From NCBI GenBank assembly GCA_015709205.1, contig JACCQO010000004.1, forward strand, positions 125,552 through 189,551: DNA of 64,000 bases, in the 5' to 3' direction. The stretch is from Desulfovibrionaceae bacterium (GTDB taxonomy: Bacteria > Desulfobacterota > Desulfovibrionia > Desulfovibrionales > Desulfovibrionaceae). A program made the translations under genes and the position numbers. The notes beneath the pieces were generated by a model that did not search any database, was not told the DNA's origin, and saw only the letters and a program-made list of their open reading frames with translations. Positions 35,178 through 47,852 of the stretch are shown here, in pieces. Within the stretch, counting starts at the first letter, position 1, and each line of letters starts with the position of its first letter.

Positions 35178-35237
35178 GAAAACGGGGCGGCTCGCACCCA
35201 CTCCCCCCGGGCAGTGGGTGCGAGCCGTCCCGTTTTC
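35178..35237 (+). terminator. Very long (25-bp, one mismatch) hairpin downstream of slyD
   Basis: gaaaacggggcggctcgcacccact / loop ccccccgggc / agtgggtgcgagccgtcccgttttc. There is no clean T-tract beyond the stem, so it is either a terminator or a REP-like element. Confidence 0.55.
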
Positions 35238-35401
35238 ATCTCCCAGGAGGCCTGCGAAACGACCCTACCTCCGCGCCGGTGCGGCCGGACATGATTTTCT
35301 GCGTTCCGCCCGCAACCTTTTCCAACCATTCTCGCCGCCTGCCGGGCCCGGCCGGCGGCCTGCGGCGCGCTGCCCTCCTGCGCGCCCCGGGCCGCGGACA
35401 C

Positions 35402-35434
35402 AAAAAAAAGGGCCGGGGGTGAGGCCCGGCCCTT
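35402..35434 (-). terminator. Rho-independent terminator of the LivK-like gene
   Basis: The minus strand reads AAGGGCCGGGcctcaccCCCGGCCCTTtttttttg. Confidence 0.75.
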
Positions 35435-35464
35435 GCAAGGTCGAAGGAAGCGTCGCGCCGCGGG

Positions 35465-36613
35465 CTACATCTGCTTGGCGGGCACGAACTTCTGGTTGCG
35501 CACGGTCTTGACGAACGCGGGCTTCTGGCAATCGCCGTTGGCGTCGAAATAGGTGTTGCCGGTGATGCCCTTGTAGCCCTTCTCCGGGCCGTCGATGGAG
35601 GCCAGGTAGTCGCGGACCTTGGCGCGGTCCGGCCCAACGGCGGCGATGGCCTGGAGCAGCAGCCCCGCGGCGTCGTAGGCGTTGGCGCTCATCCAGTCGA
35701 GGTCGCGGCCGAAGCGCTTCTTGAACTTGGCGATGAAGGCCTGGGCCCCGGGGCCGGCGGCCTCGGCCAGGAAGGGCACGGTCAGGTAGGTGCCGTCGGC
35801 CGCGTCCTTGGCCAAGTTGATATAGTCGGCATTGTCCAGGCCGTCGGCGCCGAACTTGGCGACGTTCATGCCCAGCTTCTTGGCCTGGGAGGCGATCAAC
35901 GCGCCCTCGGTGTAGTAGCCGGAGATGAACAGGCCGTCGGGGTTCTGGCCCTTGAGCTTGGTCAACTGCGGGGTGAAATCCTGGGCGCCCTTGATGTAGG
36001 CCTCCTCGCCCACGACCGCGAGGCCGATGGCCTTGGCCTGGCCCACGAAGGCGTCCTTGAGGCCGATGCCGTAGTCGTTGTTCTCGTAGAACACGGCGAT
36101 CTTCTTCAGGCCCAGGACCTTCTTGGCGTAGTCGGCCAGGAACTTGCCCTGGAAGTCGTCACGATAGACGGTGCGGAAGGACCAGACCAGTCCCTTGCGG
36201 TCCTTGTTCTTGTCGCTGATGGTCACGTTGGTGGCCGTGGGCGTGATGGAGGGCACGCCCTTGCGCACGTAGGTGGGCAGGGCGGCGAGGTGCGCCGAGG
36301 AGCAGAGGTGGCCGACGAGGCCGGGGATGTCCTCCTCCATGACGATCTTGGAGGCCACGGTGGCCGCCTCGCGGGGCTCGCACTGCTCGTCCATGTACAC
36401 GACCTCGATCTGGTCGCCGTTCAGGCCGCCGGCCGCGTTGACCTCGTCCACCTTCATGGACACGCCGGCCTTGATGTTGTCGCCGTAGGCGGCGGCGCCG
36501 CCGGTGAAGGGCGAAGCCACAGCGATGCGGATGGTCTTGGCGTAGGCCGCCCCGGCCATCAGGGTGAGAGCGCAGCAGACCAGCAGCGCGCCCTTGATCG
36601 TTTTGCCGAACAT
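35465..36613 (-). CDS. Branched-chain amino acid ABC transporter substrate-binding protein (LivJ/LivK family)
   Basis: ATG 36613 has AGGAGG upstream. Signal peptide MFGKTIKGALLVCCALTLMAGAAYA. Features are IRIAVASPFTGGAAAYG, VNAAGGLNGDQIEVVYMDEQCEP and GHLCSSAHLAA. There are no adjacent permease or ATPase genes. Confidence 0.9.
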   Translation of the reverse strand: MFGKTIKGALLVCCALTLMAGAAYAKTIRIAVASPFTGGAAAYGDNIKAGVSMKVDEVNAAGGLNGDQIEVVYMDEQCEPREAATVASKIVMEEDIPGLVGHLCSSAHLAALPTYVRKGVPSITPTATNVTISDKNKDRKGLVWSFRTVYRDDFQGKFLADYAKKVLGLKKIAVFYENNDYGIGLKDAFVGQAKAIGLAVVGEEAYIKGAQDFTPQLTKLKGQNPDGLFISGYYTEGALIASQAKKLGMNVAKFGADGLDNADYINLAKDAADGTYLTVPFLAEAAGPGAQAFIAKFKKRFGRDLDWMSANAYDAAGLLLQAIAAVGPDRAKVRDYLASIDGPEKGYKGITGNTYFDANGDCQKPAFVKTVRNQKFVPAKQM

Positions 36614-36948
36614 GCACCTTCCTCCTTGGTGTTGCGGGAACAATGGCCTCCGGCGCCGCGCCGCGCGGCGTCGGGGTTTTCGCACGAAGGCTTGAAATTG
36701 CCACCGGAATCACGTTTCTGTCAAATGAAAACCACCCGCGCAGGCCCGGCCGGACGCGGATTCAGGCAGCGTCGGCCGGGCCCGGCCCCGACTCGAGGGC
36801 GGCCCCGGCGCGGGTCCGGGCGCAGCCCCTGGTGCCCGGGCGGTGGATTCGACAACGGCCCCCCAGGCGGGACATCCCGGCGTTGATTCCCCTTCTTTTT
36901 GGCGGTAAATATCCCTATCGTCGGCCACACACAACGGAGAGGAACGAC

Positions 36949-37314
36949 ATGGAAAAGATTCTGGTGATGGGGTGTCAGAGAACGATGAATTCCATCTGCG
37001 TGGCGTGCTCGCGCTGCCTGGTGGCCTTCAACCGCCGCGAGGGGGCCTTTGCCCGCTACAAGGACAAGGAGGCGGAGATCATCGGCTTTCTGGGCTGCGG
37101 CGACTGTCCGGGCCAGGGCGTGGTCGTGCGCATGGCGCAGTTGGCGCAGTGGAACGCCAAGCTGGGGGAAAAGCCCACGGTCATCCACCTGGGGCCGTGC
37201 CTGACCGGACACTGTCCGTATGCGGACGAACTGGTGACCAAGATCAAGGCCAAGGCGGGGTGCGAGGTGGTGGAAGGCGCGCATCCGTATCTGCCGGAAA
37301 ACGTGTTCGCCTAG
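36949..37314 (+). CDS. CGGC-domain protein (Cys-rich, 121 aa)
   Basis: ATG 36949 (RBS GGAGAGG). Features are ILVMGCQRTMNSICVACSRC, GFLGCGDCPG and GPCLTGHCPY. Confidence 0.8.
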   Translation: MEKILVMGCQRTMNSICVACSRCLVAFNRREGAFARYKDKEAEIIGFLGCGDCPGQGVVVRMAQLAQWNAKLGEKPTVIHLGPCLTGHCPYADELVTKIKAKAGCEVVEGAHPYLPENVFA

Positions 37315-37415
37315 TCGGCCGCCCGCTCGCGGGCGCGGCGGCCGTCGCGTTCGCGGATGCGGCCCGGTGGGAAGGCCCGCCCGAAAGGGCCGGAGAAACG
37401 CCGCCCTGAAGGCGC

Positions 37416-37450
37416 AAAAAGGGGCGCGCGGCAGAGTGCCGTGCGCCCCT
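37416..37450 (-). terminator. Terminator of the EAL-CBS-GGDEF gene
   Basis: The minus strand reads GGGGCGCACGGCActcTGCCGCGCGCCCCttttt: a 13-bp stem with one G-U pair, then T5. Confidence 0.65.
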
Positions 37451-37502
37451 TCATGACGGTGCATTAGGAAGGGCGGGCCGTCCCGCGACGCCACCCCCTC
37501 CC

Positions 37503-39839
37503 CTACTCCTCGACGGGACCGCGCCGGTCGCGCACGAAGGAGTTGCCCTCGATGGTCTTGGCGAACTTCTTCATCTCCGCGGAGCGCTGGGCGATGGTGC
37601 CCAGGCTGCAGCCCCGGCCGCAATCGACCATGGCCAGGGACACCGAGACCAGCGGAAACTCGCGCTCCACGCCGTTGCGGTCCTTGCCCACGACCATGCC
37701 GCGGGCGCGGTCCTGCTCGTTGTAGTGCCCGGGCGCGAGCCGCTTGAAGCAGCGGGTCACGGAGAGGCAGATGCGCTCGGCCTCCAGGATGGGCACGATG
37801 CCCACGAAATCGTCGCCGCCCACGTGGCCGAGAAAGGAACTTTCGCCGCCGTGCTTGCGCACGGCCCAGGCCAGGATGCGCGCCAGCAGCAGGATGATGT
37901 TGTCGCCGTGCTTGAAGCCGTAGATGTCGTTGTAGACCTTGAAGTTGTCCAGGTCGGCATAGACGATGGTGAAGCCGCATTCGGCCGAGGCGCGGGCCTC
38001 GATCTCGCGCTCGATGGAGAGGTTGCCGGGCAGGCCGGTGAGCGGGTTGGCGCCCTTGGCCATCTCCACCTGCACCGCGGCCAGGGTGTCGAGCATCTTC
38101 TGCACGGAGACGATGCCCGTGAGCTTGCCGGCGCGCGTGACCAGGATGTGGTCGTAGATCTTGCTGCGCTCGCGGTTCATGGCCCGCTTGGCCACGACCT
38201 CCACGGGCGTGCGCTCGTCCACCACCAGGGGCGAGGCGTCCATGATGCGGTCCACGGTGCGGTGGTAGTAGAGGCTCATGCCGTACTGGGAGCTCAGGGC
38301 GCGGTCCAGGTGGTGGCTCATGACCAACCCCACGGGCTTGCCGTCGTCGGTCACGGCCAGGGCGCTGATGGCCTCCTCGCCCGCGCACAGGGTGCGCACC
38401 TCGCGGACCACGCCGCCGGGCGGCACCTGGTAGGGGGGCTCGGCCACCTCGGAGACGGGGATGGAGCACTTGACCTCGCGCGCCGGGCTGGAGCGGCGCA
38501 GGGACCAGGCCGGGAGCTGGATGTCCACCTGCGGCTTGGGAAAGGCCGGACGGGAGAGGTGGAAGCCCTGGCCGAAGTGGGTGTTCATGGACATCAGGCT
38601 GGAGAGCTCGGTGGGCGTCTCGATGCCCTCGGCGATGATCTTGCAGCCGATCTTCTCGGCAAAGGTGACGAAGGTCTCCACCAGGGCGCGCTTGACCGGG
38701 TCGGAGTCGATGCCGCGCACGAAGGACATGTCGATCTTGAGGAAGTCCGGGCGGATCTCGGCGATGGAGGCCAGACCGGAGTAGCCGGTGCCCACGTCGT
38801 CCACCGCGACCATGTAGCCCTGGTTCCGGTAGTGGGCCAGGGTCTCGTAGAAAAGCGTGAAGTCGCGGATGGCGTGGCGTTCGGTGATCTCGAAGACCAC
38901 GTCCTCGGGGCTCAGCCCGGCGCGGTCCAGGAGCTTCCTGGTCTCGCCGGGGCTGAAGGCCGGATCGACCATGGTCTTGGGGTGGATGTTGAGGAAGAGC
39001 TTCTGGCCGGGCTGAAAGGGCCCGAAACTACCGATGGCCGCCTCGCGGCAGCGCTTTTCGAGCATGAAGATCTCGCCGATGTCCTCGGCGTAGTCGAAAA
39101 GGGCCGTGGGGCTCTGGAAGACGCTGTTCTCCGGCCCGCGCACCAGGGCCTCCCAGGCGAAGATGCGGCCCGAGGAGAGGTTCACGATGGGCTGGTAGAC
39201 CGGGCGGATGAGCGGGGTCTCGACGATGTCCATGAACTCGCGCAGCACGCCGGGGTCCTGGCGCTCGTACTGGCCGCGGGCCATGCGCTGGGCCTGGCAC
39301 AGGGCGTTGTAGAGCGCGGCCTCGGGACCCAGGTCGCCGTACTGGGAGAGCACCGAGGCCCCGGCGAGCAGGTCGAAGCCGCCCTCGCCGGTGAGGCCGC
39401 GCGCCTCGCTCTTGAGGCGGCCCTTGAGAAGCAGGCGCATGGTGGTGCAGCGGTCGGAGAGGTCCTCGCAGCAGGCGCTTTCCGGACCGCAAAGCAGCAG
39501 GAACTGGCCGGGCCCGGGCTGGTCCATCAGGCGGGTGTCCTTGAGCCATTCGCTGTCCGCGATCATGCGCTCCAGGGCCTCGTGGGCCACGTGCACGATG
39601 CGCGCGGCGAACCGCTCGCCAAAGAGGCTGCTCATGGCGAAGTAGTTTTCGATCTCGAAGAAGAACAGGTTCAGGGATTCGCCCGGCCGGATCACGGATC
39701 CGGCCAGGAAGGCGTTGCTGAGCGCGGGCAACCCGCCGTTGTCCCGCCTGCCCGACGCTGGGCCGTAGTCCCCCCTGCCCGACGAACGTCGGTATTCCAA
39801 GCCGGTAGCAATCATAATTGGACGCCTCGTAGTGTGCAT
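37503..39839 (-). CDS. c-di-GMP turnover protein: N-terminal degenerate domain - EAL - CBS pair - GGDEF (GGDDF)
   Basis: EAL features are YQPIVNL, VFEITER, VAVDDVGTGYSG, KIDMSF, IAEGIET and QGFHLSRP. A CBS pair is present (ISALAVTDDGKPVGLVMSHHL..., ILVTRAGKLTGIVSVQ). The GGDEF domain reads LGHVGGDDFVGIVP. Confidence 0.88.
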   Translation of the reverse strand: MHTTRRPIMIATGLEYRRSSGRGDYGPASGRRDNGGLPALSNAFLAGSVIRPGESLNLFFFEIENYFAMSSLFGERFAARIVHVAHEALERMIADSEWLKDTRLMDQPGPGQFLLLCGPESACCEDLSDRCTTMRLLLKGRLKSEARGLTGEGGFDLLAGASVLSQYGDLGPEAALYNALCQAQRMARGQYERQDPGVLREFMDIVETPLIRPVYQPIVNLSSGRIFAWEALVRGPENSVFQSPTALFDYAEDIGEIFMLEKRCREAAIGSFGPFQPGQKLFLNIHPKTMVDPAFSPGETRKLLDRAGLSPEDVVFEITERHAIRDFTLFYETLAHYRNQGYMVAVDDVGTGYSGLASIAEIRPDFLKIDMSFVRGIDSDPVKRALVETFVTFAEKIGCKIIAEGIETPTELSSLMSMNTHFGQGFHLSRPAFPKPQVDIQLPAWSLRRSSPAREVKCSIPVSEVAEPPYQVPPGGVVREVRTLCAGEEAISALAVTDDGKPVGLVMSHHLDRALSSQYGMSLYYHRTVDRIMDASPLVVDERTPVEVVAKRAMNRERSKIYDHILVTRAGKLTGIVSVQKMLDTLAAVQVEMAKGANPLTGLPGNLSIEREIEARASAECGFTIVYADLDNFKVYNDIYGFKHGDNIILLLARILAWAVRKHGGESSFLGHVGGDDFVGIVPILEAERICLSVTRCFKRLAPGHYNEQDRARGMVVGKDRNGVEREFPLVSVSLAMVDCGRGCSLGTIAQRSAEMKKFAKTIEGNSFVRDRRGPVEE

Positions 39840-40127
39840 GGACAGCCCCCCTGACGCCGGTCCGGGCGACGGTGCCGAACCTGCGGCGGCAGCCCCGAAA
39901 GCTACGCTTCGGGCGGGCCGGGCAAGTGACGGACCGGTGACGATTGAACGAAGGTTCGGACAAGGCGGGCCCGGCCGGGTTCACGGACGAAGCCGGGAAT
40001 GCGAAGCGCTGCAGGGAGTTGGACGGTCGGGCCGGGGACGCGCCCCGACCTGCCCGCAACGGAATTTTGTCAAGTTCCCGCCCTCCCTCGCGCGCCGGAC
40101 AAGGGCCCGGGGGATCCCCCGGCGGCG

Positions 40128-43055
<2,928 letters not shown>

Positions 43056-43879
43056 TGTTGATGCGCACGAGCAGTTCTTCGTCCCCCTCGCGCACCGCGA
43101 TGTGGGAGGAAGAGGTGTCGTCGGCGGCGGGCAGGGCTTCGCCCACGAAGTCGAAGCCCCTGCCGCGGGGGCCGGTCAGGAACCCGTAGAGCTGCAGGCT
43201 GTCGGAGAGGATCGCGTCCGCGCGCCCGGCGACCAGGGCGTCGTAGGCCGCGTTCATGTCCTCGGTCAGGAGCACGTCGGCGATGTCGGCGTAGTTGTCG
43301 GTCAGATACCTGGCCTGCTCGGTGCCCTTCTGGGTGACGAGGACCTTGCCCCGCAGGGCGTCGGGCAGGGCCGTGCCGCTCAATGTCTCCCGGGCCACGA
43401 AGGCCGACCGCGAGCGGTAGTAGCTGTCCGAGAAGTCCACCAGCCGGTCGCGCTCAGGGGTCTTGGCCATGCTGGCCACGACCATCTGGTACTTGTTCTT
43501 GACCAGGCCGTCGAGGATCTCCCCCCAAGGCACGGCCAGCAGTTCGCAACGGACCCGCAGGACCCGGCACAGGGCGCGGGCGATGTCCACGTCGAAACCG
43601 GCCAGTTCGCCCTTGTCGTTCATGAAGCTGAAGGGCGGATAGGTCCCTTCCGTGGCCACACGCAGGACCTCGCCCTCGGCGGCGCGGGCCGGGCCCGCGC
43701 CGGAGGCGGCCAGAACGAACACCGCCAGCAGGCAACCCAACGCGGCCAGTCGCGGCATGGTCGATCCCTCCGTTCGATATCAACGCGCAACATATTCAAT
43801 ACGTTCGCGCGCCGTTCCTGTAAAGCGCGCCCCCCGCGCCGGGACTGTGGACAACCCCCGGGCCTTCTGCTAGTGACCG

Positions 43880-44067
43880 CCGATACGGGTGGCCACGCGG
43901 AGCGTCTCCGCACGGCCTCAAAAGGGAACCCGGTGCGAATCCGGGGCGGACCCGCCGCTGTCATTCCGGCCCGACGCGCAGGCGTCGGGAAGTTTTTCGG
44001 CCCAGCACGCCACTGCCCCCGGGGCGGGAAGGCGGGCCGCGAACCGGGAGAGCCAGAAGACCTGCCC
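43880..44067 (+). promoter_or_regulatory. Cobalamin (AdoCbl/B12) riboswitch aptamer
   Basis: The core reads aaAAGGGAAcccGGTGcgAAtCCggGGCGGaCCCGCCGCTGT (43920-43961). The B12 box is GCCACTGcccccggGGCGGGAAGGC (44009-44033). The 3' element is GAGCCAGAAGACCTGCCC (44050-44067). It lies 177 nt upstream of cbiK. Confidence 0.88.
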
Positions 44068-44070
44068 GAC

Positions 44071-44091
44071 CGGACCCGAGGGGTCCGTTTC
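44071..44091 (+). terminator. Possible expression-platform hairpin of the riboswitch
   Basis: CGGACCCgagGGGTCCGttt lies immediately after the aptamer. The stem is short (7 bp) and the T-run is short. Confidence 0.4.
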
Positions 44092-44243
44092 CTCCCGCCG
44101 CGCGGCCGGGCCATGCCGCAACGGGAAGCAACTGCAAGGATCGCCGAACACGGGGCGGTCCCGGCGCACGCCGGGGCCGCCCCTTTTTTCGTTCACCCGC
44201 GACGGGCGCGGCCCAACCCTGTCGCACACCCCAGGAGGTTCGC

Positions 44244-45200
44244 ATGAACACCCCAAGCGCCGCGCCCCGGTCCGGCTTCCTCTCCGTCCTCGACCTGCGC
44301 CGCCTGTTGCGCCTGGCCCTGCTGCTGGCCCTGGCCTCGGCCGTGGCCATTCCCCTGATCGTTCCGCTGGCCGCCGGTTCGGCCCAGGCCGGGCACGGCG
44401 CGGCCAAGGCCGAAAAATCCTGCATCCTGCTCGTGGCCTTCGGATCGAGCATGGACGAGGCCCAGGCCTCCTTCGACAACATCGACCGCAAGGTGCGCGC
44501 CGCGTTCCCGGACACGGACGTGCGCTGGGCCTACACCTCGCGCATCATCCGCAAGAAGCTCGCGGCCCGCGGCCGCGTGATCCCCTCCCCGGCCGAGGCC
44601 CTGGCCACCCTGCTCGACGAAGGGTACACCCGGGTGGCCGTGCAGTCGCTGCACACCATCCCGGGCCAGGAATACGGCGACCTGGAGCGGACCATCGAGG
44701 CCTTCCGGCGCATGCCCGAGGGCTTTGCGCGCCTGACCCTGGGCCGCCCGCTGCTCTCCTCCACCGAGGACCTGGAGCGCGTGGCCGACCTGCTGATCAC
44801 CCTCGCGCCCAAGCAGCGCAAGGCCGAGCAGGCCCTGGTCTTCATGGGCCACGGCACCGAGCACCCGGCCAACGTGTACTACGAGGCCATGGCCGCGCGC
44901 CTGGCGCACCTGGACGGGCGCGCCTTCCTGGGCACGGTGGAGGGCTATCCGACCCTGGAGGACGTGGCCAGGCAGCTGGACGCGGCCAAGATCAAGCAGG
45001 CCTACCTGCTGCCGTTCATGTCCGTGGCCGGGGACCACGCCCGCAACGACATGGCCGGGGACGAGGACGATTCGTGGAAATCCGTGCTGACCAAGCGCGG
45101 CGTGGCCTGCACGCCCGTGCTCAAGGGCACGGCGGAATACGACGCCGTGGTGGACGTGTGGCTCGACCACCTCTCCGTGGCGGTCGAGGCACTCCGGTAG
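44244..45200 (+). CDS. cbiK: Sirohydrochlorin cobaltochelatase CbiK, exported (periplasmic CbiK-P type)
   Basis: RBS AGGAGG. A long N-terminal signal region (LLRLALLLALASAVAIPLIVPLAAGSAQA) precedes the CbiK core (ILLVAFGSS, VRWAYTS, AVQSLHTIPGQEY, VFMGHGTEH, LLPFMSVAGDHARND). Confidence 0.88.
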   Translation: MNTPSAAPRSGFLSVLDLRRLLRLALLLALASAVAIPLIVPLAAGSAQAGHGAAKAEKSCILLVAFGSSMDEAQASFDNIDRKVRAAFPDTDVRWAYTSRIIRKKLAARGRVIPSPAEALATLLDEGYTRVAVQSLHTIPGQEYGDLERTIEAFRRMPEGFARLTLGRPLLSSTEDLERVADLLITLAPKQRKAEQALVFMGHGTEHPANVYYEAMAARLAHLDGRAFLGTVEGYPTLEDVARQLDAAKIKQAYLLPFMSVAGDHARNDMAGDEDDSWKSVLTKRGVACTPVLKGTAEYDAVVDVWLDHLSVAVEALR

Positions 45201-45465
45201 CCGATCGAGATCACCGCCCCGCCCGGCCGCGCCGGGCGGGGCCGACCGCCGCCGCACGGCGGCCGGGAGGGACACGGGCGCGGGGCCGCCGACGGACGCC
45301 GGATGCCGCCCCGGGCCGACGGAACAAAAGGACGACGGACGGACGACGAAGCCTCGACGGGCCGACCGAAGCGCGGCCGCGCGCGGAGTAAGGCGGCGCG
45401 GAGCGGGGACGGCTTGCGGAACCTTGGGAACAGGCGTAACACGTTTGCAAAACGAGGAACACCGC

Positions 45466-46068
45466 ATGCATATCTCCGAAGGCGTCTTATCCGCCCCGGT
45501 GCTCATCACCGGCGCCGTGCTGGCCGCCGGTGGCGTGGCCATCGGCCTCCGGCGCATGGACCACGACCGGATCATGACCACGGCCATCCTGGCGGCGGCC
45601 TTTTTCGTGGCCTCGCTGGTGCACGTGCCGCTGGGGCCGGGCTCGGTCCACCTGCTGCTGCTGGGGCTGCTCGGGGCCTTCCTGGGCTGGGGCACGTTTC
45701 CGGCGCTGCTCGTGGGGCTGGCGCTGCAGGCCGTGCTCTTCCAGTTCGGCGGGCTCACGGTGCTGGGGGTGAACACCTTCTGCATGGCCGCCCCGGCCGT
45801 GGCCTCGCAGGCGATCTTCGCGCGGCTCCTGGCCGCCGACGGCCGCCGCCGGGCCCTGGGCGCCTTCGGATGCGGCTTCGTCGCGGTGCTGCTCTCCGCC
45901 CTGTGCATGTCCGCCGCGCTGACCTTCACGGACGAGGGATTCCTCTCCGCGGCGGAACTGCTGGTGGCCGCGCACGTGCCGATCATGGTCATCGAGGGGT
46001 TCATCACCATGTTCGCGGTCACCTTCGTGGCCCGCGTGCGGCCCGAGCTCCTGCAGCAGCATGCCTAA
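45466..46068 (+). CDS. cbiM: Cobalt/nickel ECF-type transporter substrate-capture component CbiM/NikM
   Basis: Start ATG 45466 gives the hallmark N-terminus MHISEGVL. Multi-TM features are HVPLGPGSVHLLLLG, LFQFGGLTVLGVN and IMVIEGFIT. Confidence 0.88.
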   Translation: MHISEGVLSAPVLITGAVLAAGGVAIGLRRMDHDRIMTTAILAAAFFVASLVHVPLGPGSVHLLLLGLLGAFLGWGTFPALLVGLALQAVLFQFGGLTVLGVNTFCMAAPAVASQAIFARLLAADGRRRALGAFGCGFVAVLLSALCMSAALTFTDEGFLSAAELLVAAHVPIMVIEGFITMFAVTFVARVRPELLQQHA

Positions 46069-46096
46069 CCCGTCCACGCCACGTTCCGGAGGCACC

Positions 46097-46762
46097 ATGT
46101 CCCTTTCCCGTGTTCGTCCCATGGCCCTGGCCGCCTGCGCGGCCGTGGCCCTGTTGCTGACCGTTCTGGCCCCGCGCCCGGCCCAGGCGCACCGCGTCAA
46201 CGTCTTCGCTTATGTCGATGGCGGTACGGTGCGCGCGGAGAGCTCGTTTTCCAGCGGCAACCCGGCCATGAACGCCGCCATCCACGCCGAGGACGCGGCC
46301 ACGGGCGCGGTGCTGGCCAAGGGAACCACCAACGGAAAGGGCGAATGGTCCTTTCCGGTGCCGCCCCAGGTGCCGGACAAGGGCGTCAAGGTGGTCATCG
46401 ACGCGGGCGGCGGGCATCGCGGCGAATGGACCGTGGAGCCCGACGAATTTGCCCAGGCCGCAGGCGCGGGTCCGGCCGCGACGCCCTCGGAGGCGGCCCC
46501 GGCCGTGACGACGGCTCCGGCCGCCACTGCGGGAGTGGCCCCGACGGTCCCGGCCGCGACCCGGCTCCCGGCCGACCAGGCCGAACTGGCGCGCGTCGTG
46601 GAGGCGGCCGTGGACCGCGCCCTGGAGCGCCGCCTGGGCGGGCTGATGCGCACGCTCACGCGCATGGAGTCCGGCCCGGGACTGACGGAGATCCTGGGCG
46701 GCATCGGTTGGATTTTCGGCCTGATGGGCGTGGCCGCCTATTTCAGGTACAGGAAGAACTGA
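46097..46762 (+). CDS. Exported metal-transport accessory protein (NikL/CbiL-transport-like) with C-terminal membrane anchor
   Basis: ATG 46097 (GGAGG 5 nt upstream). The signal peptide is cleaved at AQA/HRVNVFAYV, so the mature N-terminus is His. A beta-rich domain (GKGEWSFPVP) and an Ala/Pro/Thr linker follow. The C-terminal TM is ILGGIGWIFGLMGVAAYFRYRKN. The family call is tentative. Confidence 0.6.
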   Translation: MSLSRVRPMALAACAAVALLLTVLAPRPAQAHRVNVFAYVDGGTVRAESSFSSGNPAMNAAIHAEDAATGAVLAKGTTNGKGEWSFPVPPQVPDKGVKVVIDAGGGHRGEWTVEPDEFAQAAGAGPAATPSEAAPAVTTAPAATAGVAPTVPAATRLPADQAELARVVEAAVDRALERRLGGLMRTLTRMESGPGLTEILGGIGWIFGLMGVAAYFRYRKN

Positions 46763-46805
46763 CCCCCGGCCGCGCCGCGCGCGGGACGGGAGTCCCGGAG
46801 ACGCG

Positions 46806-47852
46806 GTGCGGCAGATCCCCCTTTCCGGCAGGCGCCATGCGCCCGCCCTCGCCATCCTGGCGGTCCTCAGCCTGGGCTCGGCCCTGGCCGGGTGCCTGTT
46901 CGGCCCCCTGCGCCTGGACCCGGCCACGGTGCTGCACGTCGTCTGGGCGCGCCTGAGCGGCGACGCCGCCGACCCAGCGCTTTCGACCATCGTGGTGGAC
47001 ATCCGTTTGGCGCGCTCGTGCCTGGCCTGGCTCACGGGCGCGGCCCTGGCCGTGGCGGGCGCCGTGTTCCAGGGCATCCTGCGCAACCCGCTGGCCGATC
47101 CCTTTACCATCGGCGTGTCCACGGGCGCGGCCTTCGGCGCGTCGCTGGCCATCGCCGCGGGCGCGGCCGGGCTGGGCGGGGCGCTGGGCATGGGACTTTT
47201 GCCCGTGGCGGCCATGGCCGGGGCCCTGGCCGCGCTGGCGGCCGTGCTCCTACTCGGCCGCGCGGGCGGGCGACTGCGGCGCGAGACCGTGGTCCTGGCG
47301 GGCATCGTGGTCGCCACCTTCCTCTCCGCGCTGATCTCCCTGCTCAAGTCCCTGGACGAGGAATCCCTGTCCTCCATCGTCTTCTGGGTCATGGGCAGTT
47401 TCCAGGGCCGCACCTGGACGCACGCGACCTTTCTCCTGCCCTACCTGCTGGCCGGACTGGCGGCCGTGGTCCTGTACTCGCGCGAGCTGGACATCCTCAG
47501 CCTGGGCGACGACCAAGCGCGCATGGTCGGCGTGGACGCGGACCGCGCGCGGCTGGTGCTGCTCGTGGCCGCCAGCCTGATCACGGGCGCGGCCGTGTCC
47601 GTGGCCGGGGTCATCGGCTTCGTGGGGCTGGTGGCCCCGCACCTGGTGCGCCTGGTGGTCGGCGCGGAGCACCGCCCGCTGCTGGCCTACGCCGGGCTGG
47701 TCGGCGGCGCGGCCCTGGTCTGGTCCGACGTGCTCGCGCGCGTGCTCCTGCCCGAGGGCCAGGAACTGCCCGTGGGCGTGATCACGGCGCTCGCGGGCGG
47801 TCCGTTCTTCTGTCTGCTGCTGCGGCGCAAGGCGCGTGGGGAGGAGCCATGA
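46806..47852 (+). CDS. FecCD/BtuC-family ABC importer permease (iron-siderophore/cobalamin/heme type)
   Basis: 348 aa, about 9-10 TM. Features are VDIRLARSCLAWLTGAALAVAGAVFQGILRNPLADPFTIGVSTGAAFG, LSLGDDQARMVGVD and GVITALAGGPFF. Confidence 0.9.
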   Translation: MRQIPLSGRRHAPALAILAVLSLGSALAGCLFGPLRLDPATVLHVVWARLSGDAADPALSTIVVDIRLARSCLAWLTGAALAVAGAVFQGILRNPLADPFTIGVSTGAAFGASLAIAAGAAGLGGALGMGLLPVAAMAGALAALAAVLLLGRAGGRLRRETVVLAGIVVATFLSALISLLKSLDEESLSSIVFWVMGSFQGRTWTHATFLLPYLLAGLAAVVLYSRELDILSLGDDQARMVGVDADRARLVLLVAASLITGAAVSVAGVIGFVGLVAPHLVRLVVGAEHRPLLAYAGLVGGAALVWSDVLARVLLPEGQELPVGVITALAGGPFFCLLLRRKARGEEP

